64,000 nt of DNA from the human T2T-CHM13v2.0 reference genome, Homo sapiens, in assembly GCF_009914755.1 (NCBI RefSeq), contig NC_060942.1, one strand, 5' to 3'. Under the pieces are notes generated by a model. That model saw only the letters and a list, made by a program, of their open reading frames with translations, did not search any database and was not told the DNA's origin. A program made the position numbers and the translations under genes. Shown here in pieces: positions 29,289 through 44,741 of this stretch. The number at the start of each line of letters is the position of its first letter. The stretch's first letter is position 1.

Positions 29289-30675
29289 GAATCGACTCGT
29301 ACGTGAGCTTGAAATGATTAGAAGAGTTAACTCTGGCTCTAAAGGCACGATCCATGACCTCCTCTCTTGTATTCGCACACTGAAAATATCCTAGTGGCAC
29401 TGAGTGCCAGGAGAAAACAAAGGTCTGTGGCCCCTATTGCTCTTTGTCAGGCTTTACATAAAAGTACTGACTGCTATAATAGAGAATCAGCTTGCTAAAA
29501 CATAACAAGAGTCTGCAGCTTCTAACTCAGTGAAACTCTACTTAAGTTATTATATGCTTGGATGGCTGCAAGAACAACAGATAGCTATGTAATTAATGCA
29601 AACCATGTCAGCTTCCTTCACTTCCTTCTTGTCTCCATGCAGACCAGTAATGAGGTGTCTCCTGGCACACAATCACAATGCACTGACAAACCATCTTGGT
29701 GTGTGAAAAAGACTCAGAAAAATCCAAGCAATGTGACACTACTAGCAAGCATAGTTCCACTTCACCAGAGACTTCAGGTCATAGTTGGGCCTAAGGCAGA
29801 GTCGCTTGGCTGGAGAAGTCATTATTTATAGGACTATAGACCAAGTTTCATGTCTGAGAGGCTCTTACGTTATTACATAGAAACAAAATTTTGTTATCTA
29901 TAAGAATGATTTGCGTCTTTCTCCTTACGTTAGTAATCCTAAGAAAATATTGAAAATGAATCATTCTTTAAAACAATTAAACAATTTACTGATTATTTTC
30001 ACCACTATATGATGCACATGTGCCTACCAAGAAATCAGATATTTTCTTGTGTGTAGCTTCATTCAATAGAGTAAAATAGAAAACTTTTATTATTAATAAA
30101 AATGTGAAATTCCATGTCATATACTATGATGTATAATCTTCTATGCTTCATTGTGTCTATCCTTTAGCATCACCATTGACTGACTTCAAGAGTACACTTT
30201 CCCCTTACATAGCTGTGCTAGTTGCTACAGGTAATATTTAAAAGCATAAAATACAGTCTCTGACTCTGTGCTTTAACTTAATCCAGTTGGAGAAACAGAA
30301 TATGTGTAAAAAGATGAAAAATTATGGAATTTAATAAAATCTAATTCCAAATGGAAAATATAGGCAAGAAATATGATAAGACATCAATACCTGAGAACAA
30401 GATTACCATTGGAGAGGGTAGACCAGGTGCAGTTTTTCTATGACTAGTAGACTCCGAAAGAAGGGAATTCTAAACAAGAAGGTATGTGGAAGAAGCAGTA
30501 TATTTTAAACCCTCAACTCTTGTTAGAAAAAACAAACATCCTCTGAGGACTTCCTCATAGGTAGCAATATGATAAGCAATAATGCTCTGCATCAGGAATG
30601 AAATTAGGTATTAAAGGAGGGAAGATCTAACAAGTAGAAGTTATAATTACAGACCTTGAAACTCATGTTCTAGAT

Positions 30676-31202
30676 CAGCGGTCTCCACCCTTTTTGGCAC
30701 TAGGGACCAGTTTTGTGGAAGACAGTTTTTCCACGGACCAGGGTAGGAGATGCTTTTGGGATGATTCAGGCACATTACATTTATTGTGCACTTTATTTCT
30801 ATTATTATTACATTGTAATATATAATGAAATAATTATACAACTCACTATAAAATAGAATCACTGGGAGCCCTGAGCTTGTTTTCCTGCAACTAGATGGTC
30901 CCATATGGGGATGATGGGAGACAGTGACAGATCATCAAGCATTAGATGCTCATAAGAAGCAAGGAACTGAGATCCTTGCAACCTAGATCCATTGCATGTG
31001 TGGTTCACAATAGGTTTTGCACTCCTGTGGGAATCTAATGCCACTGCTGATCTGACAAGAGGCGGAGCTTAGGTGGTAATGTGTCTGGAAATACAGATGA
31101 CGCTTTGCTCACTCACCTGCTGCTTACCTCCTGCTGCGTAGCCTGGTTATAAACAGGCCATGAACTGGTACTGGTCTGTGGCCTAGGGGTTGGGGGCTCC
31201 TG
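30676..31202 (+). mobile_element. MER1A (hAT-Charlie), full length 527 bp
   Basis: Termini cagcggtctccaccc...ggttgggggctcctg; perfect 8-bp TSD ttctagat at 30668-30675 and 31203-31210. Confidence 0.95.
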
Positions 31203-31737
31203 TTCTAGATTTTTTAGAGAAGACTACCATGTAAAATGATAGTGAATAATTATTAATATTAATAATATAATAGGTCTAATTGCTAAATCATATATCATAA
31301 AATCTAGCCTTTATGATAATTTACCTTTTAAACAGTCAATAAAAACTGGAACAATCTAGTAGGGTATCACAGCGGTGATAGGTCTTAACTTGCATAATAT
31401 TTGAATTTATAGAGAGAATAAATACCACATTGAAGTAAAGCACAAAATAAGCCATGAAGTCAGTACTCGGTATTGCATGTTCGTGAGACAGTGAAGAATT
31501 TAATTCAATTACAGACATGCCATAGGGAATAATGATTTACCAAACTTTATCGAGTTAAGTGATAAAAAGTGTTATGTTAGGTAGATTAATCAAGGGTAGT
31601 GGTTCCATTCTTTGGTTTTTAGATGCTAGGAAGGCTGTGGAAATAAAGTTGCATGTAGCTCCACATACACACTGAAACATGTATCTACCAAGCAATAAAC
31701 ATACTTTCAACATGTTTCCTTTAAATATGTATAAATA

Positions 31738-32525
<788 letters not shown>

Positions 32526-32632
32526 TCCTCTCCTCTCCTCTCCTTTCCTTTTCGCTTTTCCCTTTCCTTCTTCCTTCCCCTCTCCTCCCTCCCCTTCCCC
32601 TTTCCATCCCCCTCCTGTTCCCTTCTTTCCTT
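32526..32632. repeat. Polypyrimidine low-complexity tract
   Basis: tcctctcctctcctctcctttcc... nearly pure C/T. Confidence 0.95.
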
Positions 32633-32679
32633 TGGCCTTGTGAAGTATCTATATATTATTTTCATTAAAGTGCTGTCAG

Positions 32680-33009
32680 GGCTGGGCGAGATGGATCATG
32701 CCTATAATCCCAGCACTTTGTTAGGCAGAATCAGGCAGCTCACCTGAGGTCAAAAGTTCGAGACCAGCCTGGCCAACATTGCAAAACCCCGTCTCTACTA
32801 AAGAATACAAAAATTAGTGGAGTGTGGTGGCATGTGACTGTAATCTCAGCTACTCAGGAGGCTGAGGTAGGAGAATTGCTTGAACCCAGGAGGCGAAGTC
32901 TGCAGTGAGCCGAGAACTCGCCACTGTACTCCAGCCTGGGAGACAGAGTGAGACTCCATCTCAAAAACAAAACAAAACAAAACAAAACAAAACAAAACAA
33001 ACAAAAAAA
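32680..33009 (+). mobile_element. AluS (Sx-like) with (AAAAC)n tail
   Basis: cacctgaggtcaaaagttcgagaccagcctggccaac; both arms; (AAAAC) microsatellite tail. Confidence 0.93.
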
Positions 33010-33017
33010 TTGCTGCT

Positions 33018-33160
33018 AGCCAGGCATAGTGACATGCACCTGTAGTTGTAGCTATTTGGAGGCTGAGGTCAGAGGAAAGCTTGAGGCCAGAAGTTTGAGA
33101 CCAATCTGGGCAACAAAGCAAGATCCCATCTCTAAAATACAAAAACAAACAAACAAACAA
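33018..33160 (+). mobile_element. FLAM_A-like Alu monomer with (AAAC)n tail
   Basis: gccaggcatagtgacatgcacctgtagttgtagctatttggaggctgagg...gagaccaatctgggcaacaaagcaagatcccatctc. Confidence 0.85.
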
Positions 33161-34029
33161 CCATGCTGCCAACTTACATTGACATATGCTTTTTAATTAT
33201 CAAATATAAAATGTACAGACTAAATGCTCAATATATTTTCATTTGTGTTGTTTGTTATTGGTTTACTGAGTTATGCTAACCTAAATATGACCATTAAAAT
33301 TGCTGAATTTATTTTTTTCTTAAAGTCTTATTAATTCAGAATCTACTTCTTATTTGAAAAGTTATAAGATATGTACATATTAAATATGTAAAGCCCCTAA
33401 TGGCACTAGGATCTTCTTATTTTATTTCTCCCTACAGAATTAGACTATCTTTCCTTTGTCAAATAGCATTTCTAGTATATTTTTGAAGACCAGAAAATAA
33501 AGACAAAGAGCTTAGGATTTAGCTGAGAGTGGCACATTTTGAAGCCAAAAGAGCTTGTTTCATATACCCCACACTTTGGATTTTCATCAGTTACAAGATG
33601 TCAACTTGCTAAACACAAATGTTCCATCCTCTAAAAAGAACAAAATATTAAAAACAAGATTTGATGAAATAGAGTAAATAAGATAGAAGTGATATAATGA
33701 AACAACTGAAATTCATGATGTTTTATTACATTCAAATAAGAGAAACACAACTGGGTTCTCAACTTTCCTACCCACTCCAATCACAGATCCATCTAGTCCC
33801 ATAACTTATTTCTGCAACATTAATACATACTTTTATTTCTCCAGAAATGGAGAATACCAGTGGATATGCTATTGATAGTGGAATATGTAGTAATTGGTAT
33901 GTCAAACTGAATGTTTCAAGCTGAAATTGCACTTTGATCACTTTTTTACAAACTTTCCTTGCCAAGCTACTTGGGCAGGAAAGTACTCATTTAGCAAGCC
34001 TGGGTTGCTCAAACCTTGGACTTTCCAAA

Positions 34030-34575
34030 GGGAGGGCAATCCTCAGTGACCACTGGCTAGCTCCTGGGAGATAATCTGTGAGCTTGTAAAATATTTTACC
34101 TGATGAGATTGATTTGGTATGCCTGAGGTCTTTGGCCAAGCAGACCAGTCTGACCATGTAAGTTCATTCTGATAATGTAGTTTTTGGTAAATGCTTGTGT
34201 TTTTTTCTGGAGGGAAAAGTAGTCTGGAGTCTAAGCAAACTAAATGTCAGACATGTAGGAGCTACATGGCCATGAGACTGAACCCCAATAAAATCCATTG
34301 ACACTAAGGCATGGGTAGCTTCCCTGGTTGGCAATGCTGCACAAATATGGTCACACATTGTCTCTGGGTAACTAAGCACACCTCCAGAGGACATGTGGAA
34401 ACATGTACTTGGTGTTCCCTGGACCTTGCCCATGGGCCTTCTGCTTAATTGATTTTCATCTGTAGCCTTTCACTGTAATAAACCATGGTAGACAAATATA
34501 AGAGTGTTTTTGAGTTCTAGGAGTCCTTTCAGAAAGTCATCAAACCTGTGGGTGGTCTTGGGAACCCCCAACACA
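34030..34575 (+). mobile_element. MER77/MER21C-like ERVL LTR
   Basis: ctcctgggagataatc..., ccccaataaaatcc...agcttccctggttggcaatgct..., ends gggtggtcttgggaacccccaacaca. Confidence 0.75.
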
Positions 34576-35536
34576 CTTCTTTTGTCTACTTCCTACTTCT
34601 CAGTAAAGATGTCCATAATTCTGTCCTCATTTCTTTTCTTCTAAACTCCAACACTTATCATCAATACAAATTGTAAAGACTTTACATAATCACTATTTAG
34701 ATTATTATTGTTTGATATATTATTTATTTCAAAGTTAAGTAAAATTCTTATTTTAGCACAAATGCTGTGATTACTTTTTTTCCCAGAAGCTTGCAATGCC
34801 TTAATCATTAGCACTGACTAGGCACTCAATTTATGCTTTTACATTAATGATTGGCCAACAAACTGATGAGATTAATAGTGAACTAGGAACATCTATTACT
34901 GACTGGTCTAATTATGTTTGACAGCCAATAGCATTGATTTAGAAATACTCTAGGTTGCTATTACTGAACTGCCTAAGCACTGATAAAGCCCATTATAGCC
35001 AACTTGTATCTATTCCTTGCAAACAATAAGCACCAATATTTATGGAATGAATTTGCAAAAAAAAGAAATCTTCTGTTGGATTTTGCAAGAACCTTTGTTG
35101 AATTTTCTATGAAGACTCTAGGAAGGACAGACTTACAGAAATTCTGAGTTTGAATTAAATATTTTAGGCTGGAGGATTATTTCATGTATCTGAAATAATC
35201 TTAATGTTTAGCTCAATCAGTTACTTTTCGTTTATTGATGTAACACATGATTTAGTGGTTATTTAATATGGTATAGCAAAATTTCTCTGCTACATTGGAA
35301 TTAACTCGAGTGTTTGTGAGTATTAAGCAGAGGTTATCTAACATCATATTTAAAAAGAAAGCATATGTATTCGTGTACAAGCTTGCATAGATCATAAAAT
35401 TCAACTCGACACAGCCATAGACAAAGGGTGGAGCATCAGGTATAATTAGCCTAATACAGCTAATAAAATGACAGAAATGGGGTTGAGAACAGACAACTTT
35501 TTAAAGTTTAGAATCGTATGCAGATTTTTGGTTCAT

Positions 35537-35994
35537 TATCTGAGGTGAGATTACTCAGAAACCTGAGATAAGCATTTGTGTGCAGCGTGATCTATTAGGA
35601 AATGTGTTCCTGGGAGAAATAGATGAGCTTGAGGGATGCTAAGCAGAAAAGGGAAGGACGCCAAGCAAGAGTACAGTTTTAGGCAAAGAACTGCAGAAGG
35701 TGACTTCAGCCTGATTTATAGGGGGATTAGGATGTATGAAGTACACCTCAGATTTGCCAGTTCTACAGGCAAGGGAGCTGAGCTTTCATACCATTGAATT
35801 ATTTGCCAAGGGCTGCCCCAGGAATCCAAACTCCTAGGTACTTCCCATTCTCTCTGAGGACAGGAAATCACCCCCTTTTTTCAAGGATATTCCTCTGAAA
35901 AGAGTCAGAGGTACAGGCTATTACAAGCAAAATAAAGCAAACATTAAAAAGGATCCAAAGAGATCCAAATAGAGCACTGACAATATCCACTACC
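35537..35994 (-). mobile_element. Old ERVL LTR (LTR41/LTR50/LTR33 group)
   Basis: cctgagataagcatttgtgtgcag...gggaaggacgccaagcaagagt...ttcagcctgat...gcactgacaatatccactac. Confidence 0.6.
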
Positions 35995-36644
35995 AGGTAA
36001 TAAAAATACATAGCTGTGCTATGTAAACATGATCAGTGGATTATCTGTGCTTTAAAGAATGAAATTCAAAAACATGCTGAAGGAGGACTTGAGAATTTAT
36101 TGAAATAAATTATCAGGTTTTAAACAAGTTGTCTTGTTAATTATTAGGAGGTAGAGGTGGATGTGGGGTTTGGAGGGAACCCAATGGACAAGAGAAAATA
36201 ATTCAGTGAAAGGGGAACATCCAGGCAGAACCAAGAAGAAAAGTGTTTAAATCAACTCAGAAGATCTTTGTTGAGAATATGTTTTCTTATAGAACAAATA
36301 TACTATAGGTCCAGAGTTTGACTCTGGGACATGTGAATTCTTTGGTTGAGGAAGGTAACTTAAACCTACAACACTTTGGAGTATGGTTATTCAAATAAAT
36401 AGAAATTAATTTAAAAACAGGTCTTATAAGTGCTACATTTGAATAGTCCAGAGGATATATGAAGAAAAACTTTGAATATATTGTTTTTGTTTTGAACCCT
36501 TATTTGTTTCTGTTTCTCCTGTAGAGTTTTCTCTCCTATTGGGTTCTGTGAGAACTTAGGAGGAATTTGTCTTGAAGATTATGGGAAGGACAAGGTGGTA
36601 GAGAATTAGAATTTCTGTTTGTAGTAAACTTTAAGTATGACTTT

Positions 36645-37105
36645 TAACATTTCTCCTTTTCCTGTACACATGGCCCTCTTCAATGTGGTTTTGACATGAG
36701 GTGTGTTTTCTCACTCCTTCTGGAATGGCTTTGTGACTTGCTTAGACAAATAACATTAGGTGAATGTAATTGGGTACAATTTCTAAGCTTAGGCCTCAAA
36801 AACCTTCTGGCCTCTATTTCTTCCTCTTAAAACCTGGTGCTATAATGTGAAGAAGGTTGAAGAAGCTCTAGTCTTCTAGAGAATAAAGCCTTGTAAGAGT
36901 AAATGTTTTAAGTCTGTCATCTCCAAGTTAACTCATAGTAGAGTGCAGTCACATAAATGATCTCAGAATAGACCAACAGAAGAAACACCCTGCTGAACCC
37001 AGACCAAACTGCTGGCCCACAGAATTGCGATAAAATAAAATGACTGTTGTTTGAAGTTACTAAGTTTTGGGGTGATTTTTAAGGGAGCAAATGATCGTTG
37101 GTACA
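36645..37105 (+). mobile_element. MLT1H-like LTR (ERVL-MaLR)
   Basis: ttgtgacttgcttagacaaataaca...ttctaagcttaggcctcaa...cccacagaattgcgataaaataaaatgactgttgtttgaagttactaagttttgggg. Confidence 0.8.
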
Positions 37106-37491
37106 TTGTAGCACAACAGCATGAGAGAACACACAAGCATGAGGCTTGCTGTCTGGGTTTGCGTCATGTCTCCCATAGGCATCAGACAGAACACCTTCTT
37201 TTGAGCTTTCACACTAGCCTCTCTTGGGATATTGCTTAAAAGCCCCTCTTTGAAAAGCATGCAATCAAAATCAGGGTATATTTTAACCTACTTGTTCACC
37301 GCCTTAATTATACAGACAATCACATAATTACACATACCTTAAGCAATCAAACCCAGGAGATGCTCTGTAATATCCCACTGGGTAAATGCTTGGAAAAAGC
37401 TGTTGTGATAAGGAATTAAGAATAGATCAAGCCTATCATTATATGTGTTCATTACTTGTCTTTTTGTTAAAATATCTATTTATCTGTCAAC

Positions 37492-37495
<4 letters not shown>

Positions 37496-37539
<44 letters not shown>
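37496..37539. repeat. (TATC)11 tetranucleotide STR
   Basis: Pure TATC/GATA run. Confidence 0.97.
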
Positions 37540-37540
<1 letters not shown>

Positions 37541-39499
37541 CCAGTCAAAAAAAAAAGAACTAGTTGAGTAATTGGCTGATGCCTTTATCACAGAGGAAAC
37601 ATCAACTCATTAAGTATGATGAACATATTTAATGTGTCTGGATCAGAACATAAGCAGTTAGCTGTTATCTATGGAGCTATGGAGCTAATTTAAAAGAAAA
37701 TAGGCACAGTTACCCCTGCACATTTTCAACATACCATCAATGTCTTGCTTAGCGGAATTCTGAAATTGGTAGAAAAGCTTGTTGCCACCGGGCTTAAAGC
37801 CTTCCTCATCAGTCATGTTACAATGCTCTTGGGAGCAAACGCTCAAATTAAGATTATGAACACAATTCACTAACTTACCGATTGCCTTCTTATAAAAAAA
37901 AATTGCTGTCCTCTTGGCTAACACGTTTTATACTTGTTCCTCTGTTATGGTTTCCACACAGCAAGGAAGGACTTTTAAATAAAAGGGAGGACTTAGGGAG
38001 AAAGATAGCAAATGTAGATGATTAATGTCAGTCTGTTCTGAACTATTTGGTTGTTTTTATGTTCTAGTCTTTGAAAGATGCTGGAATATATGCCTGCTTG
38101 GCCAATTAGTCCCCAATAACTCTTCAGTGCCATAGTACTGTGTGTAGAGAAAACCTCAATGAAAAGAAAATGGACAATCAAGCTGGATAAAATACATCCC
38201 TTAAATGAGAACTACGCTATGTGAAAAAAAAATAGAAGAACAAGTCCTCAGCAAGTCAATGATCATAAGAAAAACAGTTATATTGACTAGTTATTTTGTG
38301 TGTTTGATGTACAATATGGAGAAATATTAGTAGCCAAATGAATGTGACACATTGACACAGATGCATTGTAAATATTATGCTATTGAGACCATAGATTCAG
38401 TTACATTCCTCTGATGAATGTGGATGCTTTCATTTCCTGTTTTAGAAGGCAACTAACCTGATTAATATCAAACTGCAAGCTCTGCCTTGTTTGCAGTAGG
38501 TGACTGCTCAAATTGTAGTTATTTTAGCCTCAGCTCTGAGATAATTTGTTTCTGTCCTGTTTTTCCCCCAACAAGTATGGTTCAAGGTTCACATACAGAC
38601 TTGGCCAGAGTTCATATGCAGACTTTTAACTGCCTTCTTCCCAGGATTTCCTCTCCATTTTTGGGGTGGGTGGGCAGTGGGGTGCTGTGGTTGCACTGGG
38701 TCCTGTCATCTGGTTCTTACCAACACAAAATATGAAGGTTTTTAAAGGAGTTTCAGTTATTCTAATTATCCTGTACCTTAAGTTGTCTTTCTAATACCTA
38801 GTGCTGGTTTCTTCTAAATGTCAAATCTCTTACAAAAACTGTTCTGTCTCAGGAATTGTGTGTGTGTGATTGTGCATATTCAGACTTTATAGTTGTTACC
38901 TGCATGACTGTCAGTCTAGTAGGAATTCATTCCAGCCTACTAGAAGAAAAAGTTTATATATCAATTTTGCAGAAAAATAATCCAAATTGTATAGGATATT
39001 ACTCAAAAAGAAAACTTCGGAAAAGTTGTTTAAATTTATAATCTTTTAGTTTTAAGCAAATATTTGTTAAACATGCTTACTTCTCAGTTAGTGGAACAGA
39101 AGAAAAAAAATGTAATGTCATCCCTGAACTCAGACACACAACACTTAAGAAATTACATTCAAAACATAGGTGCTTTAACTTGATAAGTACTTTAAATGCA
39201 ATGCTATATCCATTGTTTTCAATGAACATAGCAACATTTTACATGCACAATATAATAATGTGGTAATTGCCAGAAATAGTCCCTTTTTGCAAATATTTAA
39301 TGTAATTCTACAGGAAAAAATTTTAAGGCAGTAAAATAAAATGTATTTCACGATCTGCAATGATGTGTACCTTACTTTAGCCTTTTACTGCAACTAACTT
39401 CAGCAAATAAAATTTGGTGAATAATCTGTATTTTCTTCTTTTCTTTCTTTTTTTTTTCTTGTAAGCCTCTCTCCCTTCCTGTCTCCATTCTTTCCTACA

Positions 39500-41110
<1,611 letters not shown>

Positions 41111-41463
41111 AAATGCTGGAAGAAGTGTATGTATATTCAGAAGATTTTTAAAATTTATTTTTTCTCTCTTTTCCCCCACACCTTTTGCCTTGCTTCTTTC
41201 TTCTTTCTTCCCTAATTGATAGAAGATACCAGAGTATGTTTCCATGCTCACTGGACTCACACAGTCATTAGGGATAAAATAGAGACAGTGGTGATGCTGG
41301 GGTGGGAAGAATAATTACAAGAACAAAGTTCTTTTGACAAGAGGGTGTAGAATCTAGAACATAAAGTGAAGGGATAGAGTCTTATAGGAACTTGGAAATT
41401 TATTGCTTCTGTAATACTTGGTATACTTTTATGCCATAGAATACGATTCAATTATTTTATTGC

Positions 41464-41868
41464 TATCATATATGCTGTGTTGTGTTACCTAGATCTTCTC
41501 CTTAACAAAAGAAGCACTCACTCCCAAAGGTGGGATTGGCACAGTCAACGATTGGCAGTTTTCAGCTGAGACACTTTAGAGGTTGTCTTGGTCTGAAGAG
41601 ACCATCCAACCTCAAGGTCTTTTCCCCTTTTTGTTGGCAGCCTACATCCAATGATTGGTCAAAAGGCTACTTCATTTGCCTCAAATCTGGGTAACTACAC
41701 ACAGCAAATCCACCTCCAGAGTTCTCCAAAAGTCCATTGAATGCCTTTTAATAATTGCATTGCAGGCCAAATTGTGCCAAATCCTGCTTCTTTCACTCAC
41801 TCATAAGTTTTGGCCTCGAGGGTGTTCTCCATCTCAGAGTCTGTTTTCTTAAAAGCCAATCTACGACA
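41464..41868 (+). mobile_element. LTR16-like 5' LTR (ERVL)
   Basis: atgctgtgttgtgttacctagatc start; gcagcctacatccaatgattggtc; ends ctccatctcagagtctgttttc...aatctacgaca. Confidence 0.8.
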
Positions 41869-42636
41869 GTTGATACTAAGAATGACTTTAACAAAAGGTC
41901 ATTGCAAAATTGAGATTTTGAAGCTCCGGGTCATCTGACAATAAGGCCACCTAAGGTCCGCCAGTAGTAGTTGTAGACGAACTGGTGACTTCTGGCATGG
42001 TCATTAGGGCAATTGTTAAAACTTTTATAGGTGTTGAACTGAGATGAACTGAAACTGACAGAAAGGAATGAACAAACAGTGCCCTAACAATATGGAGGAA
42101 ATGATCATTATAAGGGCTACGAAATTTGATGGTTGATGCTTAGGGCAGTTTATATCTTGAGAAAAACAATAAAAGCCTGAAAGTGACTCAACACCAATCA
42201 AAGGCTAAGTTTAATTTCCAGACAGCACTCTTGTCACAACAGCAGGAAAGGCTAAGGATCAGATGTCTTACTGAATTATAAGCATAGCAGAGTTACATTC
42301 TCAATTTTAGTAGAGATAAATGGAAGTAGCGTGCCTGTAAGAAGAGGATGGAGACATCTGAGTTGATGTACTCAAATGTGAATGCTTTCATTCTTCTGAA
42401 TCTTCTTGCTGCAGATTTAGTCCATTGTGTGCTAAATGCTAACACTTTCCATGCCTGAAGATAATGCAGGAGCTTCTGTCTTGAAAGACAACATGATCTC
42501 ACTTCATTTTTTTTTCTGACCAATAGGCAAAAATAATTAATTCACAACATTAAGGGAACTGTTGGGACTGTCTGGAAAGGAAAGGTACCTTACCTTGAAA
42601 GAGCTAAAAACCTAGCCTTCATATAGGCAGGAGTCA

Positions 42637-43377
<741 letters not shown>

Positions 43378-44228
43378 TTAACACTCTAGAAAGGACCCTG
43401 GGTTATAATGCTAACATATTGTTAGGATAAATTTCAGAAACATGGAAACAGAAATGCCCATTTCAAATGACCTAGGAATGGCAAAACTACTGTGGAAGAT
43501 GGGTAAAAAGGGGATCAAGAGGCTCAGAAATTGGATATGCTACCTAAAGTTAGAAAGACCAGAAAATGTTCATGCTTTGTTAGAGGATACAGAGAGGAAC
43601 ACTCTGCTTATCAAAACAATGAATTCATTTATGACAGTGACATAAGTGAATTATTAGCATCAGTGGCAGTGACTTCTTAGCATCACTAAGAAGCTGAGTG
43701 GTGGTGGTCCTCTGAGAAACAGGGCTGACTGTAGGAGATACTGTTATATAACTGAACTCACTAAAAACAATGGAATTGATAGTAGCCCCATTCAGTAAAT
43801 GTCAGGTGTCAGCGTTCAACATTTAGAAGAGTGGGTATAGTTATCATCATATGCAGCAAAGTCACAGTGACAGCCAGTGTGTTCATAATTGTTGAGAGCT
43901 ATAGAGATGGTTCATAGTGCAAGTCTTCCTAAGGGCTAGACAGGCTCCCGAGAATATTGCTTGAAGTGTACAGAAATAAAAATACAAGTACAGGAATCAG
44001 GAAGGCAACGCCTACTGTCTCCGTAAAAGTCATAATTCCTTTACCAAGATTCCAGACATCATTCATTTTTTTTTCTACTGCAATCCATTAACTGAAGGAG
44101 ATACTGGATCTCTGTGGGGAGTAGCCCTACAACAACCTGGGCAATATATATGGTAATGATGCCTTCAGTCTTTCCCCAAAGACATAGGACCAAATGAACT
44201 AGAAGTGGCAAGTACATTGAAGGCCTTT

Positions 44229-44741
44229 TGGGACACAATTCTCTATGGGTCTCCAGTGTTTCTACAGCCTTGGAAGCACAGGCACTGGCTGCATTTATTC
44301 TGGACTATCTTTTCAAAAATGTATAGCAGAGAGTATTTAAACATATAGTTAGTGTCTCTCTCTAGAGCAGATGGTAGGTTTTTTTTGTTATTTTTCTGTC
44401 CATGGTGATAATGTCCAGGTCTTCCCTTGGGATATAGATCAGGCAGATTTACTACTCATTTTTAAAGATTTGGGTTTCTTAAGCTCAGGGTTGCTTGGCT
44501 GTAATGCAATCCCATTATGTGTACAGCTTGTTCCTAGTCCTTCTCCATCACTCTAATCAGCCTTGGTGGTCAAGGAGAACTGATGCAAGCATGATGCTCA
44601 TGCTGCAGGCTGTGTTGTGAGTAAAACAATTCTTCATCTCTGATAGAGCAGTTTTTTGTCTTTATTCATTCAGCATTCACAAAACTGTTACAGGCTAATA
44701 ATTTTAGCTTGCAAATAGGATAAAATATCGTATACCTTACA
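44229..44741 (+). mobile_element. LTR47-like solo LTR nested in the ERVL internal region
   Basis: caattctctatgggtctcc...ggcactggctgcatttattctggactatcttttcaa...ttagcttgcaaataggataaaatatcgtataccttaca. Confidence 0.7.
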
